Shown: positions 24,845 through 35,799 of the stretch, piece by piece
How the letters are laid out: every line of letters starts with the position of its first letter
How positions within the stretch are numbered: position 1 is the stretch's first letter
NCBI GenBank assembly: GCA_946965045.2
Contig: OX337239.1
Coordinates: 248,001-312,000 of the forward strand
DNA from: Epithemia pelagica
Taxonomy: Eukaryota > Protista > Bacillariophyta
DNA: 64,000 nucleotides
Direction: 5' to 3'
Notes under the pieces: model-generated
Told to the model about the DNA's origin: nothing
Seen by the model: only the letters and a program-made list of their open reading frames with translations
Database searches by the model: none
Program-made: the position numbers and the translations under genes

Positions 24845-25183
24845 ATGCTAGGAGTAATTTCTAATGCTATGGGGCCAAGAAAGAATGAACTCATTCAACA
24901 AACCGCGTTGGAGAAGACTGTTGCTAGTCTGCCCGTTGCAAATGCCAATGAAGGCACGAAAGGAGATAGTGGGAAACGTAAAGCCTCTTCAACTATTCAA
25001 AAAGGAAGGAAACGGACGAAGCAGAATTCACTCTCTGAGGCACTCGCAAGAACTGTGGTTAGAACACCACGCAAGAAAGACAATCGCAAACCACCCCCAA
25101 CCCCAAACGACTCGCCAATGAGAAGAAGCCCAAGACTTGCAGAGAAGGAAGTCTCAAGTACGGACAATGACGGTACCAGTTGA
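24845..25183 (+). CDS. Small basic Lys/Arg-rich ORF with RRSPRL motif (may be a truncated gene)
   Basis: 112-aa ORF from ATG with NLS-like KRK/KGRKR clusters; no domain recognised. Confidence 0.35.
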   Translation: MLGVISNAMGPRKNELIQQTALEKTVASLPVANANEGTKGDSGKRKASSTIQKGRKRTKQNSLSEALARTVVRTPRKKDNRKPPPTPNDSPMRRSPRLAEKEVSSTDNDGTS

Positions 25184-25284
25184 TCTCCGACCACGAACGT
25201 CACTGAAGGTGACAATGGAAGAAACGTCACGGAAACTATACATCCATAATCGCAGTGCATCTTGGTAAATATAAAATATGACAG

Positions 25285-27125
25285 TCATTTAGTATATTCT
25301 TTTATCAACTGCAGAAAGAAATACTTGAGATGGCGAAGATTCGCTGGAGATTTAGATTCGGATTTGTCATGAGAGTGAGCCACAATAAAAGACTCCATTT
25401 GTTCTTGGCACTTGCTTCTGGTCTGTGGTTTGTTAAGTAGTTGTCCTAGAGAACCAAATAAAGGATTGATTTCCTCCCATCGTTCTTTAGGAAGCCATGA
25501 TTGAAGGTTCAAAGAGCATTCCATGCCGTCATTGATATGAGACTCCGTCCAATTGAGAACCTTAGTTGATCGGATAACATGAATATCTGAGGGAATTCCT
25601 TCCGTCCGGCCAAATGCCGTTTGTAGAATGATTGTTCCCGTCTTGTGGCCAATTCCAGGTAAGGTCATAAGCTCAGCAAGGGAAATGTCTTTAGGAATGC
25701 GACCTTTGTGTCGCTGGACGAAATAGTCTGCGGCGTTGACTATGCGTTCCGCATTGACACGATACCGTCCTGTTTCTGCAAACAAACTACAGAAAACATC
25801 CATCCCAAAATATGTAGACACTTCAATTGTTCCTTGTGCACTAGTGATGCCCGATTGGAATAAGCGAGGGATCACTTGAGAGAGACTTTGATCTGATGTG
25901 GCCGAGCTCATCAAGATAACAATGAGACACATGAAGGCTGGGTCAGAGTCTTCATATTCCGACATATTGTTGGTAATCCATTCGGACCATGTGTCTCTGG
26001 GGGCTTCCAAACCAGACTGAAGGAAATACCGACGTAAATGGGAAAGATTATCAAGTAAAAACAGCCGGGAATCAATTGTGGATTGGTTTCTAATGGGGAT
26101 GGAAGGGCGAAACATTCTGGTCATGACAGGTTTGGTAATTGCAGGTGTCCCAGGCATGTGTCTGTCGCCATAGACTATCTGTTCCTTGGCGGAACATGAT
26201 TGCAATAAAGCATGGCAGAGAACAGTTTTTCTTTGCCGAGTCAAGACATGGGCAGTGGGGGAAAATTGTCGCTTGGTCCAATATTCATCAATGACAGGAG
26301 AAGAAGCCCAATATTCATGGGTGACAGAAGTAGAAGCGTTGTTGCTATTTGGGCCCATGGTAGATTGAGAAGCTTTGGCAACTGGAGTTGATGGAGGACT
26401 TGTATCAATAGAAGGAGGGGACGTTGTTGTATCCAGTTTCATTGAGTAACGGTCATCCTCCATCGTGCTCTTCTTAGTATGCGCAACAATGTCCTCAACA
26501 ACGATGTCGATGCTTGGACTAATACAAATAGGACACTCTGTCCGTAGGTCAAAGGAATTTCTAACCTGGATTCTGGCATTGTGTCGGGTCATCCAGGTTA
26601 GAAGATTCCATTCCACGGAAAGTTTAGTGTAGTTGTTTTGCTGATGGTAATCGGCATTGAATTTTTGAAAAGCTCTGAGACCATTGGAGGAAGGCAAAGA
26701 AAATATTGGTCGGCATTTTCCTTCAATGGAGATGAAGGGGAGGTCGTCGGTGGGGGGGTCATCTCGTATGTGACTTGGAATGAGTCATCTTCTTGGGAAT
26801 ACAGACCCGTAAACACTATTCGACAGACAGTGTTCAGTAAGCTTTCGAATGACATGCGACTGGGAGATAAACAAGGGTGGCTTGTGTTGGATGGATAGTC
26901 GACTTGTTGGTAGTGCAGACTTCCATTGTACCGGGTAAGCCACAGCAACACCACATCTTTTATGTTCTCCATTGCCAAGTCTTGTGTCGCCTTTTCCAAG
27001 GGAGTGGTTAACAAAGTTGAGTCCTCTAGCATCATGGTCATGAACGATATTGGAATATGGGTCACAGTGATGACTTGGTGACAAGTCACATCGAGGTTGA
27101 TGGTACGGTCATCTGATGCTTCCAT
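25285..27125 (-). CDS. HhH-GPD (endonuclease III/Nth-like) DNA glycosylase without the 4Fe-4S cluster; 5' structure uncertain
   Basis: ILMSSATSD, HhH motif LMTLPGIGHKTG (catalytic Lys), GIPSDIHV (catalytic Asp) and WEEINPLFGSLGQ. The C-terminal CxxxxxxCxxCxxxxxC is reduced to one Cys. The main ORF 26697-25285 begins at TTG and overlaps ORF 27125-26598 in another frame, implying a frameshift or short intron. Confidence 0.85.
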
Positions 27126-27988
27126 TGTACTTGAATATAAGATGCATGGGGTTGAGGATGGGGAAATAATAGTGGCAATGAGAAATGAGAAGGGCAGGAA
27201 AACTGAAGGTTGTGTCGTTGATGGAAAGGAGCAGAGGTAAAGGTGACAGGTGACAGTGGATTGGTGAATGTTGAGAGGTTGAGAGTTGTGAGTTGTGAGT
27301 GTTGGTTGAACCTCTGTCGTGAGTCGTCAACGTTCTACTCCTCTGGGAGTGATATTGGTAAATATGTGCAGGAAGAGTGTGAATAAATACGTAGAAACAG
27401 ATAAGAGTGAATGGTTCCTCTGAATGAAAAATTGTTGTTTGTGACTACGACAACAAAGAAGTTGCAACTAATAGTTGTAACTATGGAGGTGACAGAGGGA
27501 TGAAGTTTAATTACAAGGGGCAAAGTTGCAACTTGGACTTGTTTAGTCTAGTTGCAGACTCAGAAAAGAAACTACGACTTTCAAAGTTAGTCTAAGTTAA
27601 GTTGCAGGTTCTTCATTGGAACCATATTTAATCTAGTCAAGTTAGTACCTTAGTCGTGTTAGACTATTAGTTGCAAGTTCATTCTGTATCGTGGTTTTGT
27701 GATTTGATTAGTTTAAGTTAAGTTAATCATACATGTTGCATTAACTAGTGGGTACAAGTCGCATCACAGTAAACTGTCTAATGAATTATTAGTTGGGAAG
27801 TTAAGTCTAATGGCTGATTTTCCAACTTCCACACCCTGCTGATGACGCCCCAGAGAGCGTTGTTTGGGGAGTATCTAATATGAGTAGTGTGTGGATATAC
27901 ACCCTCAAATCCCCCTCGCTGGGGGTATACAACATGCCATCAATGTCGACCTCCACAGAACAAAAAAAAAGATCTTTGTTTTAGCACG

Positions 27989-29785
27989 ATGATGCGAAAA
28001 CGATCTCCCAAGCAAACGAGCGGCCAACCTCTCCGAAGATCGCCGCGGCTCAACCCGCCGGCTCTTGCTCTGAATGCGTCGGTTGCTTCTTCTACGGTCG
28101 GCGTTGCCGCTGGCTCGACCCAAAAACGACCTTTTGCTCCTCCCACCTCGTCGTCCCACAGCTCTGACTCTCCAGGTCCCAAGAAGACGTGTATTATTGC
28201 CCCTTCCATCGTTCTGCCGGGGAATGATACACCTTTGGTCGAGCGAAGATGCTACAGTCGGTCCATTCGCAAGAATCCCAGGCAACCGTGGGAAGTTTTG
28301 TGTGGTCGACAAAGCGGCGAGTTCGAGCAATTCGGCGGTAAACACAAGTATTATAGCGTTCCCTTGGCTCGTGGTGGATCTCTCCACGTATGGCCCAATG
28401 TCGTTCCTGTAGGGACCCTCGCGGATCTTCATCGAGAAATGAAAGAAAAGGCGCGCTATCGCCAGTACGAGGTGCAATCGGAAAACGAGCCTCGTGTACA
28501 TGCCTTGTACCATGAAGAGGCTTCACTGGCACCTCCACAACAACAACTACGAAGTGGCGATGATGACGCCGATCCACTCGCCAACCAGAAGCATTCCACT
28601 CCGGGCTACCGATATGCTTCGGTCACCATGAAGGCCCGGCCTCTTTCCGAATTACCGGAAATTTACAACTTTTCCAAGTCCATGAAGACCATCACAACCT
28701 TGGGACAAGTTCCCCAAGATTCCGGCACTTCCTGGGGAATAGGCGTCAACTTGATTTGTTACCGTAGTGGCAACGATCGTATCGGGTTTCATGCCGATGA
28801 CGATCAGAAGGAGTCCGCCATTGTCACTGTCATGGTTCACGGACCACCGAGGCAAGTCTTGGTACGGACCAAATTACCGAAGAAGAAGGACAAGGACAGG
28901 AATGATGGGGAAGATGACGAAACGGAGGAAATTCGTTTGCTTATGAGCCCGGGTGATGCCTATACCATGGATGGTGCCATGCAAAAGCACTATGTTCATA
29001 GCGTTCCCAAGGAAGTCCGTCAGGCCGGTCCAGGAACGCAACGTCTCGTGATTGTGCTTCGAGATGGGGAGACGCGCACCTTTCGCAAAGATTCGGGGCT
29101 ACCGGTGGCTAGTTTGGACCCGCCACCTCCGACAACCTGTGTGTTTGGTCCAGTGGCGAATCTGACACATGGTCAACGCCACACCCGCCGACAACTTGTT
29201 AAAATGGGTGCGCATGGGGGACGAATGCGCAGTATTAGTGGCAACAAAGAGGTTGGATCCGATGCCATTATTCGATCAGGCTTGAAGCATCCAGGGCACG
29301 AGGATGTCTCCCGACACTCCCAGTACATTTTGTATGCGGCACCCCACAGGGTAGGTGCAGGGGCCATTCTCACCTCGGCTTTGAAACAGGAATCCATTCG
29401 AGTCTTTGAAAAGCTCGAAGGAAAGGAAAACAAGTATTGTGGACTCTATAATATTGTGGGTTGCCATAGGATCCCGTGGCGTACCAAGTGGCGTGGCCAG
29501 TGGCGTAATGACACATTGCATATGTTTGTCCTGAGAAAACGGAGCTTTCCACAGAAGGAGACTGTGGATCCCTCTCCCGAGCCGTACCACCAAGAAATTC
29601 AAACTGCAAACAAAACAGAGAAAATGGAAATTGAGGAGGAGTTTCTGAAAATGCTCGATCAGGCATTTATGGAAATGCTTGAGCAGGCGTTTTTCGAGTA
29701 TGTGAAGCTTGACAACAAACGCTACTCATTACGCCATGATATCTTGACATCCAAGAACACGGATGGCGCCGATTCAACAACATGA
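27989..29785 (+). CDS. AlkB-family 2OG-Fe(II) dioxygenase fused to a C-terminal SRA/YDG domain
   Basis: ALKBH2/3-type motifs NLICYRSGNDRIGFHADD (HxD), HYVHSVPK (H) and RLVIVLR (R). These are followed by SRA-like FGPVANL..G..RRQL..GAH..SISG..GSDAIIRSG..Y..AILTS..IRVF..YCGLY. First ATG at 27989. Confidence 0.85.
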   Translation: MMRKRSPKQTSGQPLRRSPRLNPPALALNASVASSTVGVAAGSTQKRPFAPPTSSSHSSDSPGPKKTCIIAPSIVLPGNDTPLVERRCYSRSIRKNPRQPWEVLCGRQSGEFEQFGGKHKYYSVPLARGGSLHVWPNVVPVGTLADLHREMKEKARYRQYEVQSENEPRVHALYHEEASLAPPQQQLRSGDDDADPLANQKHSTPGYRYASVTMKARPLSELPEIYNFSKSMKTITTLGQVPQDSGTSWGIGVNLICYRSGNDRIGFHADDDQKESAIVTVMVHGPPRQVLVRTKLPKKKDKDRNDGEDDETEEIRLLMSPGDAYTMDGAMQKHYVHSVPKEVRQAGPGTQRLVIVLRDGETRTFRKDSGLPVASLDPPPPTTCVFGPVANLTHGQRHTRRQLVKMGAHGGRMRSISGNKEVGSDAIIRSGLKHPGHEDVSRHSQYILYAAPHRVGAGAILTSALKQESIRVFEKLEGKENKYCGLYNIVGCHRIPWRTKWRGQWRNDTLHMFVLRKRSFPQKETVDPSPEPYHQEIQTANKTEKMEIEEEFLKMLDQAFMEMLEQAFFEYVKLDNKRYSLRHDILTSKNTDGADSTT

Positions 29786-29979
29786 TGCATTTCACGCGAT
29801 ATTGAATCCTGCACGAACATAACAAATACAAATAGCTTTCCACGTCAGAATGGCTACTATGTATGTGTTGCTCTCTAGAATCTATCGTAGCAGTTTCGAC
29901 TCCTTCTCTGGTCGTCCAAACGTTGGAGCAGCAATGACTGTGGAAGAGGCGGCGAATAAGGAATCAGGCCACTCAAATT

Positions 29980-30670
29980 CTACAGGGGATTGGCTCTGTC
30001 CAAGTGGATTTGAACCAATACAAACTTGTTTCGGTACCAAACGTCCACTGTCTGAAGTCCAAGAAGCAAAAAGCCGTGAAATCGAATGGAAGAGAACAGT
30101 TCCTTGTTGTCCTCGGAGACTGAAAATTGGAAATAATCAAAGGACATGATGGGTACCAAACTTTCATCGTCGTGAAAGCCACGGGGAATAGGATCGGATT
30201 GAAAGGCGAGTTGCGCCCGATCGCGAACTCCCAAGGGAAGATGAGAATGATGCATCAGGGGTGGATTGTGTGGGGCTGCTACTGCCGGATGATGCTGTGG
30301 TGGATGCCCCGACGATCCTCCTCGCAACAAGACGCCTCCTCCTTTTTCGGATCGTTGCCGATGATTGTGACTAGTGGTAGGCCAAGGCCGTTTGGACCCC
30401 ACTGCTGTTGTCGTAGTAGTACTAGTGGTGGGCCATTGTCCACAAAAGCCTCCACTGCTATCTTCTGCGGCCGTCCAGGACAAATCATTGACTTGACAAC
30501 ACACAACGGCCAATTTTCTTTTGACAATCCACCCATTCCTTGCACAACTGGTCGGCCGGGGGATTGTTGGCCGTGTCACGCAACAACGACTGGTGGGGCA
30601 GCCAATCATCTCGCGATCGACAGACCACCACATCGTCGGCAAACGACACAAGGACGGACACGTTCCGATT
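29980..30670 (-). pseudogene. Possible decayed C3HC zinc-finger (NIPA/Rsm1-like) gene fragment
   Basis: RLPTMWW...PTSCARNGWIVKRKLAVVCC resembles the C3HC consensus RL.TF..W...P..CARRGW.....C. A 13-bp tandem duplication at about 30660-30686 breaks the frame. Weak. Confidence 0.25.
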
Positions 30671-30999
30671 CAACGTTCCGATTCAAGGCCACTTTGCGAG
30701 TGTCCGCTTGTCGTCGTGGTGCTTGTTATCGTCGAGGCAATGGTCCGAATTCCGAGCCCTTCGTTTACGGGTTGTACAAGCTTGTTTTGGAGCGTTGCCA
30801 AGAATGATGATCCGTAGGATACGGTCGTTCGGAGGAGGGAGATTTGGGTTGGAGTGGTGGTGGTGCTGCTGCTGCTGCTGATTTGTAGCAGGTCACGGAG
30901 GTGAACGGCGAAACATGACCCATTGAACTGGCCAGAACAACGAGAGAAGTCCAACAACCTTTTGCCATCAACATCATCCGCCGTTAGCTGTGGTAACGA

Positions 31000-31378
31000 C
31001 ACTTTTGGGTCGCAGGAGAATGATCGTATCTTTCTGGAGACCACAAAGCGCAAATCTTTTCGGGTGTCTCGAATCACAACGTCGAAACAGACGTAGCCGA
31101 GACAAAGAGACAAAGAAGAAGAAGAAAACCCACAAGAGACGACGGAACTTTTTTCCAGGAGAGCAACGAGGATCATGATGATGATGATATGAAGACGACG
31201 TACCCACTCTGGTCCTCGCTACGTTACTACGGTTCGGTTCGAACAGCAGGAATCGCAAGAACAACAACAAACAAGACTGGTCAAGGCCAACCATCACCAC
31301 CACAAGGCGATGAGTGGACTCCGACCCATTTCAACCAGCACAAGTTCGACGCCGAGCCACCACAGAAACCGGAACATA
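31000..31378 (+). pseudogene. ureG: Third, 5'-only ureG fragment (promoter plus presequence-coding region), frameshifted
   Basis: DNA similarity to 21715-21960 and to the reverse complement of 13200-13410 (CGCTACGTTAC.GGTTC.GTTCGAACAGC; GAGTGGACTCCGACCCATTTCAACCAGC). It stops before the GTPase core. Confidence 0.8.
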
Positions 31379-31383
31379 TTGCG

Positions 31384-31488
31384 ATCTGAGAACGAACTTG
31401 AAACAGCCAAAACAAGACGATCCTGTTCCCGCTATCAATCTGAGAACAAACATGAAACAGCCAAAACAAGACGATCCTGTTCCCGCTA
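31384..31488. repeat. 54-bp tandem duplication at the breakpoint of the ureG fragment
   Basis: ATCTGAGAAC.AAC.TGAAACAGCCAAAACAAGACGATCCTGTTCCCGCTA occurs twice, starting at 31384 and 31438. Confidence 0.85.
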
Positions 31489-33449
31489 CAGCATCTCTCT
31501 TGTCTGCGGGGCGCGCATTAGTGGTCGGGGCGTTTGGTTTTGGCCTTTCTTTTGAGTTTCGCGCAAACGGCTCTGATCGCACGTTCCCAGTTTCGTCGTA
31601 CATGGACGAAAAGGAATGCGACATGGAGCTCTTGCCCATCCGAGGGAGCAGAAACAAGTAAGTGAAGGATCCGAGGAACGAGCCGGTTCCACCGATTGTT
31701 CTTCCTCCGGTTTCGCGGACTGTTTTTGATCCGCCGGTATTTGCCTGTCGTTTGACAACACAGCTCTTCAGTATTCTCCGGTTCTGTGTCTCTCTCCTCC
31801 GGCGAGGGTTCCAACAGTACTTTGGTGTCAGCGTTCGGCGGCAGCGTCGTGGAGGATTGTGATTGCTCCACGGGAACCAGTGTTCGTCGAAGGGTTCGAG
31901 TTATTTTGACGATTGTTGGGAAAATATGACGACAAGTGGAGGACAAAGTGGACCCTCTCCCAAGCAATCACGGGAATCAGTGTTCGTCGCACCGATCGGT
32001 CAAAGCCCTTGGGACGACGGGCGTAATGGCAAGTCCTGGTGGTTATATTCCGACACCGCAATAAACGATCCCGACTGAGTCGGCAATCGTATCGCGTGTT
32101 ACAAAAACCTGAGCGACGTTGTTCATGGTGGTGTTGCTTGTTGCTGCTCGGAAGCATCTGATCATCTGATCCGCTGTGGGAAAGACGAGAACGTCCAAAT
32201 CGGCTCGACAGGCGCGCCCGCATCATTTTCCGACTCTACTGCGACTCACTCGCCGCACGGGGTAGCTAGTACACTCCTACTCCTATACTCCTATTACAAT
32301 AGACTTGTCCTCTAGTAGGTAGCCATAGGCATCTCGCGACCATGACCACACTGGCAGCTGCCAAACTTTACTGGTGGTACTTTCTTTTCCCCTCTCCCCC
32401 CGATCTTTCTTGCTTCGCTGTCTCTCGACAAATTGAAACCGCCAAGGCGGTAAAGGACGGCTGAGTTCAGTATCCGTATTCAGGAGCAGTAGTTTTCTCT
32501 ACATGATGTGCAGCGGCCATAGGTCTATTATTAAGGAGTACGAGTGAATTAAAGAGACGTGTTTCTGGTGGATGCTTGGCGGGCCTGAAATGAACATGAA
32601 ACTCTCATCACTAAGCAGACATTCCGCTGCATTTGTCTGCTTCCTCCAACGTTTTTTTTTAAGTAAGAGACCTTCATTTCATAAACCCGTGTTGTTGTTC
32701 AAAAACTGACAATGAGGATGGAACAGAAACTGGACAAACATGATGAGCGTGATGATAGTTTCCCTTTTACGCCACTCGGATCCAAAAATTACTCAAGATA
32801 CTCCCAGACCAGGACTGGTTTGCTGATGTTCATGGTACTTATGGCCACATGCGTGCGAGAGAGGGAGAATTTTGAACCAGACGGGAAAGTGGAATCAGAA
32901 AGGGAACTGGTTTGATTGTTGCATGTCTTTCTCATCTTATTCTGTCTAGTTGACCGTAGTTGATTGTTGCTTTCCTTCTCCATTTTGCTTTACTGCTGCT
33001 TTGGGAGGATCGTCGGTTGAGGTTATCGTTGTGGGGGTTGGTTTCCATATGCGCTGCTTGCTTTCACAGTAGGAAGTCTAGACTAGTAGTTTGTTTGTGC
33101 ATCATCGTACTCGTATAGTCATTTCTCTTGGTCTGTTGCTCCTCCTTGTCGTTGCTAGTTGTGGTTGTCGCTGCTCGTCAAAGAGGTTGATTGCTGCGTT
33201 GGTTGGTCCATGGATCTGTCATTCCTCCATCCTCATCTCTTGTTGTCAGCTTTTGATTGTTGCGTTTGGGTTGCGTCGGGTGTTGTTGTCGTACGGCCGA
33301 AACTAGGAGTGGATTTTTGTTTTGGGTGCTGTTGTCGCTGGTATGCTGCTCTTTTGGATAGCTTTCGTCTGGTTGTCAATTGTTGAGTGTGGTGTTGGTG
33401 TTGATGTTGTTTCGTTCGGCCGAAACGAGGAGTGGATTGTTGAGTATGG

Positions 33450-33491
<42 letters not shown>

Positions 33492-33599
33492 CGCCGCTTG
33501 TTTCCGATTTGCCTCGTATGATTGTTGCATTCGTAGTCATGTCGATTCGGTACTCCATCTGGTGTCGTTTCACAAGACAGGGGAAGCAAGGCATCCTCC

Positions 33600-34065
33600 G
33601 GCGTATTGGTGAGAAGGGATGGTTCTTGTTGCTGTTGTTGGTGAAGGAGAGTTACAGGCAATTGCCCCATCAAATCCAAAATAGCTTGAAGGTGGCAGAA
33701 GCACCAGCACACGCCTCCACATGGTTCGACTTACACAACAGTTTCCGGTTGCGTTCCAGACTCAAGAGCCAGGCCAATTCTAGGATGGATCCTGATTCAA
33801 TATTTTCCCAGAATCCCTCACACAAAAAGGATACTTCGTCCGCCAAGAGTTGTAGTTGACCATCGTCTTGCAAATTGTAGACATTGGCCCCCACTCCACC
33901 ATTGGTTGTATTCGTTGACAGTCTTTTACTACGGGTTGGTGCTTGCGCTGTGGGCGACTCGGTCATGCTCTCGTTGTTGTCGGCCAGTGGTTCCTCCACG
34001 GGTCCTGCATGTTTTGATCGCAACCGTCTCGTTGTCGTCGTGGAGTGTGGTGGGGGCATTGACAT
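33600..34065 (-). pseudogene. WAPL (cohesin release factor)-like N-terminal helical-domain fragment, frameshifted
   Basis: LQDDGQLQLLADEVSFLCEG..SILELAWLLS..RKLL resembles the start of the WAPL domain (DEV.FALDG..SL..L....RR.L). A frameshift near 33700 continues into LQAILDLMGQLP, then low-complexity sequence. Confidence 0.35.
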
Positions 34066-35723
34066 AGCACCGTCGTGTCATTCGTGTACTATTATGAGAT
34101 GTCGTGTATGAGGAGGTGTAGGAAAGGGACGAATAGGATGGAACGGAACTGCTGATGCTCGATTAATTGATTGTAGCATTCACGGTCCAACTTTGGTCAT
34201 CGTCATGAGGCAGTCCACAACCCTACCTTTCTCCGCGACTGTTGGGGAACGCCATCATCGTCCTGGTGCTGTGGACCTTCTTTGTTTGGTTGCCGCTGCT
34301 GCAGCTGTTCTTTTTGTTGTTGTCGCAGTTTGAGTCGAGCACTTTTGGTGCGTCCCAATGACGACGTGGGCTTTGGGAACTGGTTGGCATTGCCAAACTG
34401 CCCCTCTCGGTTGCGGTGGTCGAACTTTCATCTCCACCGTGTGATGACAATGACATCGACAAGAAGCCATTACTCGGATCCGACACACCATGTTCCAGAG
34501 GCCGTTGCTGTTGCTGTTGTCAAGTGTGTCTGGCCGAAACTGAATCGTTGGTAGTGGTTTGATCGTCGGCCGTGTCAGGATCCTTACTGTTGTGATGGAA
34601 TTGTAATGCCATCTTCTTCTTCTTCTTCTTCTTCTTCTTGGAAACTGACGACAACAAGAGAGATGTTTCGTCCCTAGACAATGGACTTTTATGGTCGTCC
34701 TGTTTCGTGTCGGCGTCCTTGTTGTTGTTGTGGGCGGTGGATGCCAAAAAGAGTCGCGAACGAAAGCCCTTTTTGGACGCTAACAGTTGAGCCTCAATAG
34801 TCTGATTCATCCGAGGTTGTCGTGGTTTTGGCTTGGAGTATCATGGCGGAGTGGGTATTGTCGTGTGACTAGCGAAAAGCATCCACAGTTGGTTTGGCGG
34901 GGTTCGTGGTGGCCGTTGGTTTGCGATGGCCTCGGCTGCTGGATCGAGAGGAGCTTTCCTCTTATGTACCAGAGGAATTCCCTACTCCGTTTTTGCGTTG
35001 CCCCACCGACAATACTGTTGATGTTGATAATGCCAAGACTGTGGACGATTGCGAGGATCCTTGGGACGAGGCAACGGACGACCAAAGACGATTCATCCTC
35101 ATTGTCATCCGTTTTATCAATGTCCAATTCATCTCGAGCCATCGGTTTCTGGTCCAAGTCCGTTCGTTCCTTGGGAGGCGCATCGAAATTTGCTTGTTTT
35201 CTGGTTTCTTTTACGAGTGGTTCCAAACGAACGAAGACATTTCTTGGACGGATTCTGCTTGGCCACTCGTTTCGTGTCCCTCTCGTGTTGTCGTCTTGGT
35301 AAATTGGGAAGGTGCTACTACTCGTCCTCCTCGTTTGGTTAATTATTCGAGGACTACCACAGTTTGAGTTTCCTCCCCCGAATTTTGGGAGAAGTTCCGT
35401 TCGAGTGGATCTGTTGTGTTTCGATTTTCTTTCATTTGTCGGCCTTGTCTCCAGCCAATTTTTCGAGTTCGGTCACAACTTCATCTTTCGCCGCTGTCAT
35501 AACCTCTACACCCTTAGATGTAAACGCCTTGACAATTTCCTCCAGCGCATCAGCCAAGGTGGTCCAGGGGAGATTTTCCACAGACTTTTCTTCCAAAAGT
35601 TTTTGGTACTCTTTGATCGCTCGTGTTGTTTTCTGAAAGCTATTTCCGTCTCGGTTTGTTGACTTTCCGTCCGGAGTTCGATAGATGACATTGATGAAAT
35701 CACCGTCATGCGACAAAATGTTG

Positions 35724-35799
35724 ATATTGATCATGAAGATAAGGAATCTTTAATGAACTGGGCAGTTCATTAAAGATTCCTTATCTTCATTATCAATAT
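35724..35799. repeat. Near-perfect palindrome (37-bp arms, 2-nt loop)
   Basis: 35733-35760 ATGAAGATAAGGAATCTTTAATGAACTG is the exact reverse complement of 35763-35790. Pairing extends 9 bp further with one mismatch. Confidence 0.95.

Noticed and set aside
27493-27838. Non-autonomous hAT/MITE in the AT-rich spacer between the glycosylase and AlkB-SRA genes
   Set aside because: The candidate TIRs (CAGAGGGATGAAGTT vs CAGGGTGTGGAAGTT) match only partly and there is no 8-bp TSD. The many AGTT/AACT motifs are suggestive but not sufficient.
30040-30480. DDI1-like aspartic protease (AVEAFVDNG ... FLLLGLQ)
   Set aside because: The motif pieces lie in different frames with poor spacing, and the DSG motif is not intact.
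31860-32080. RING-H2 finger remnant (CRHIF)
   Set aside because: Too few Cys/His ligands in register, and interrupted by stops.
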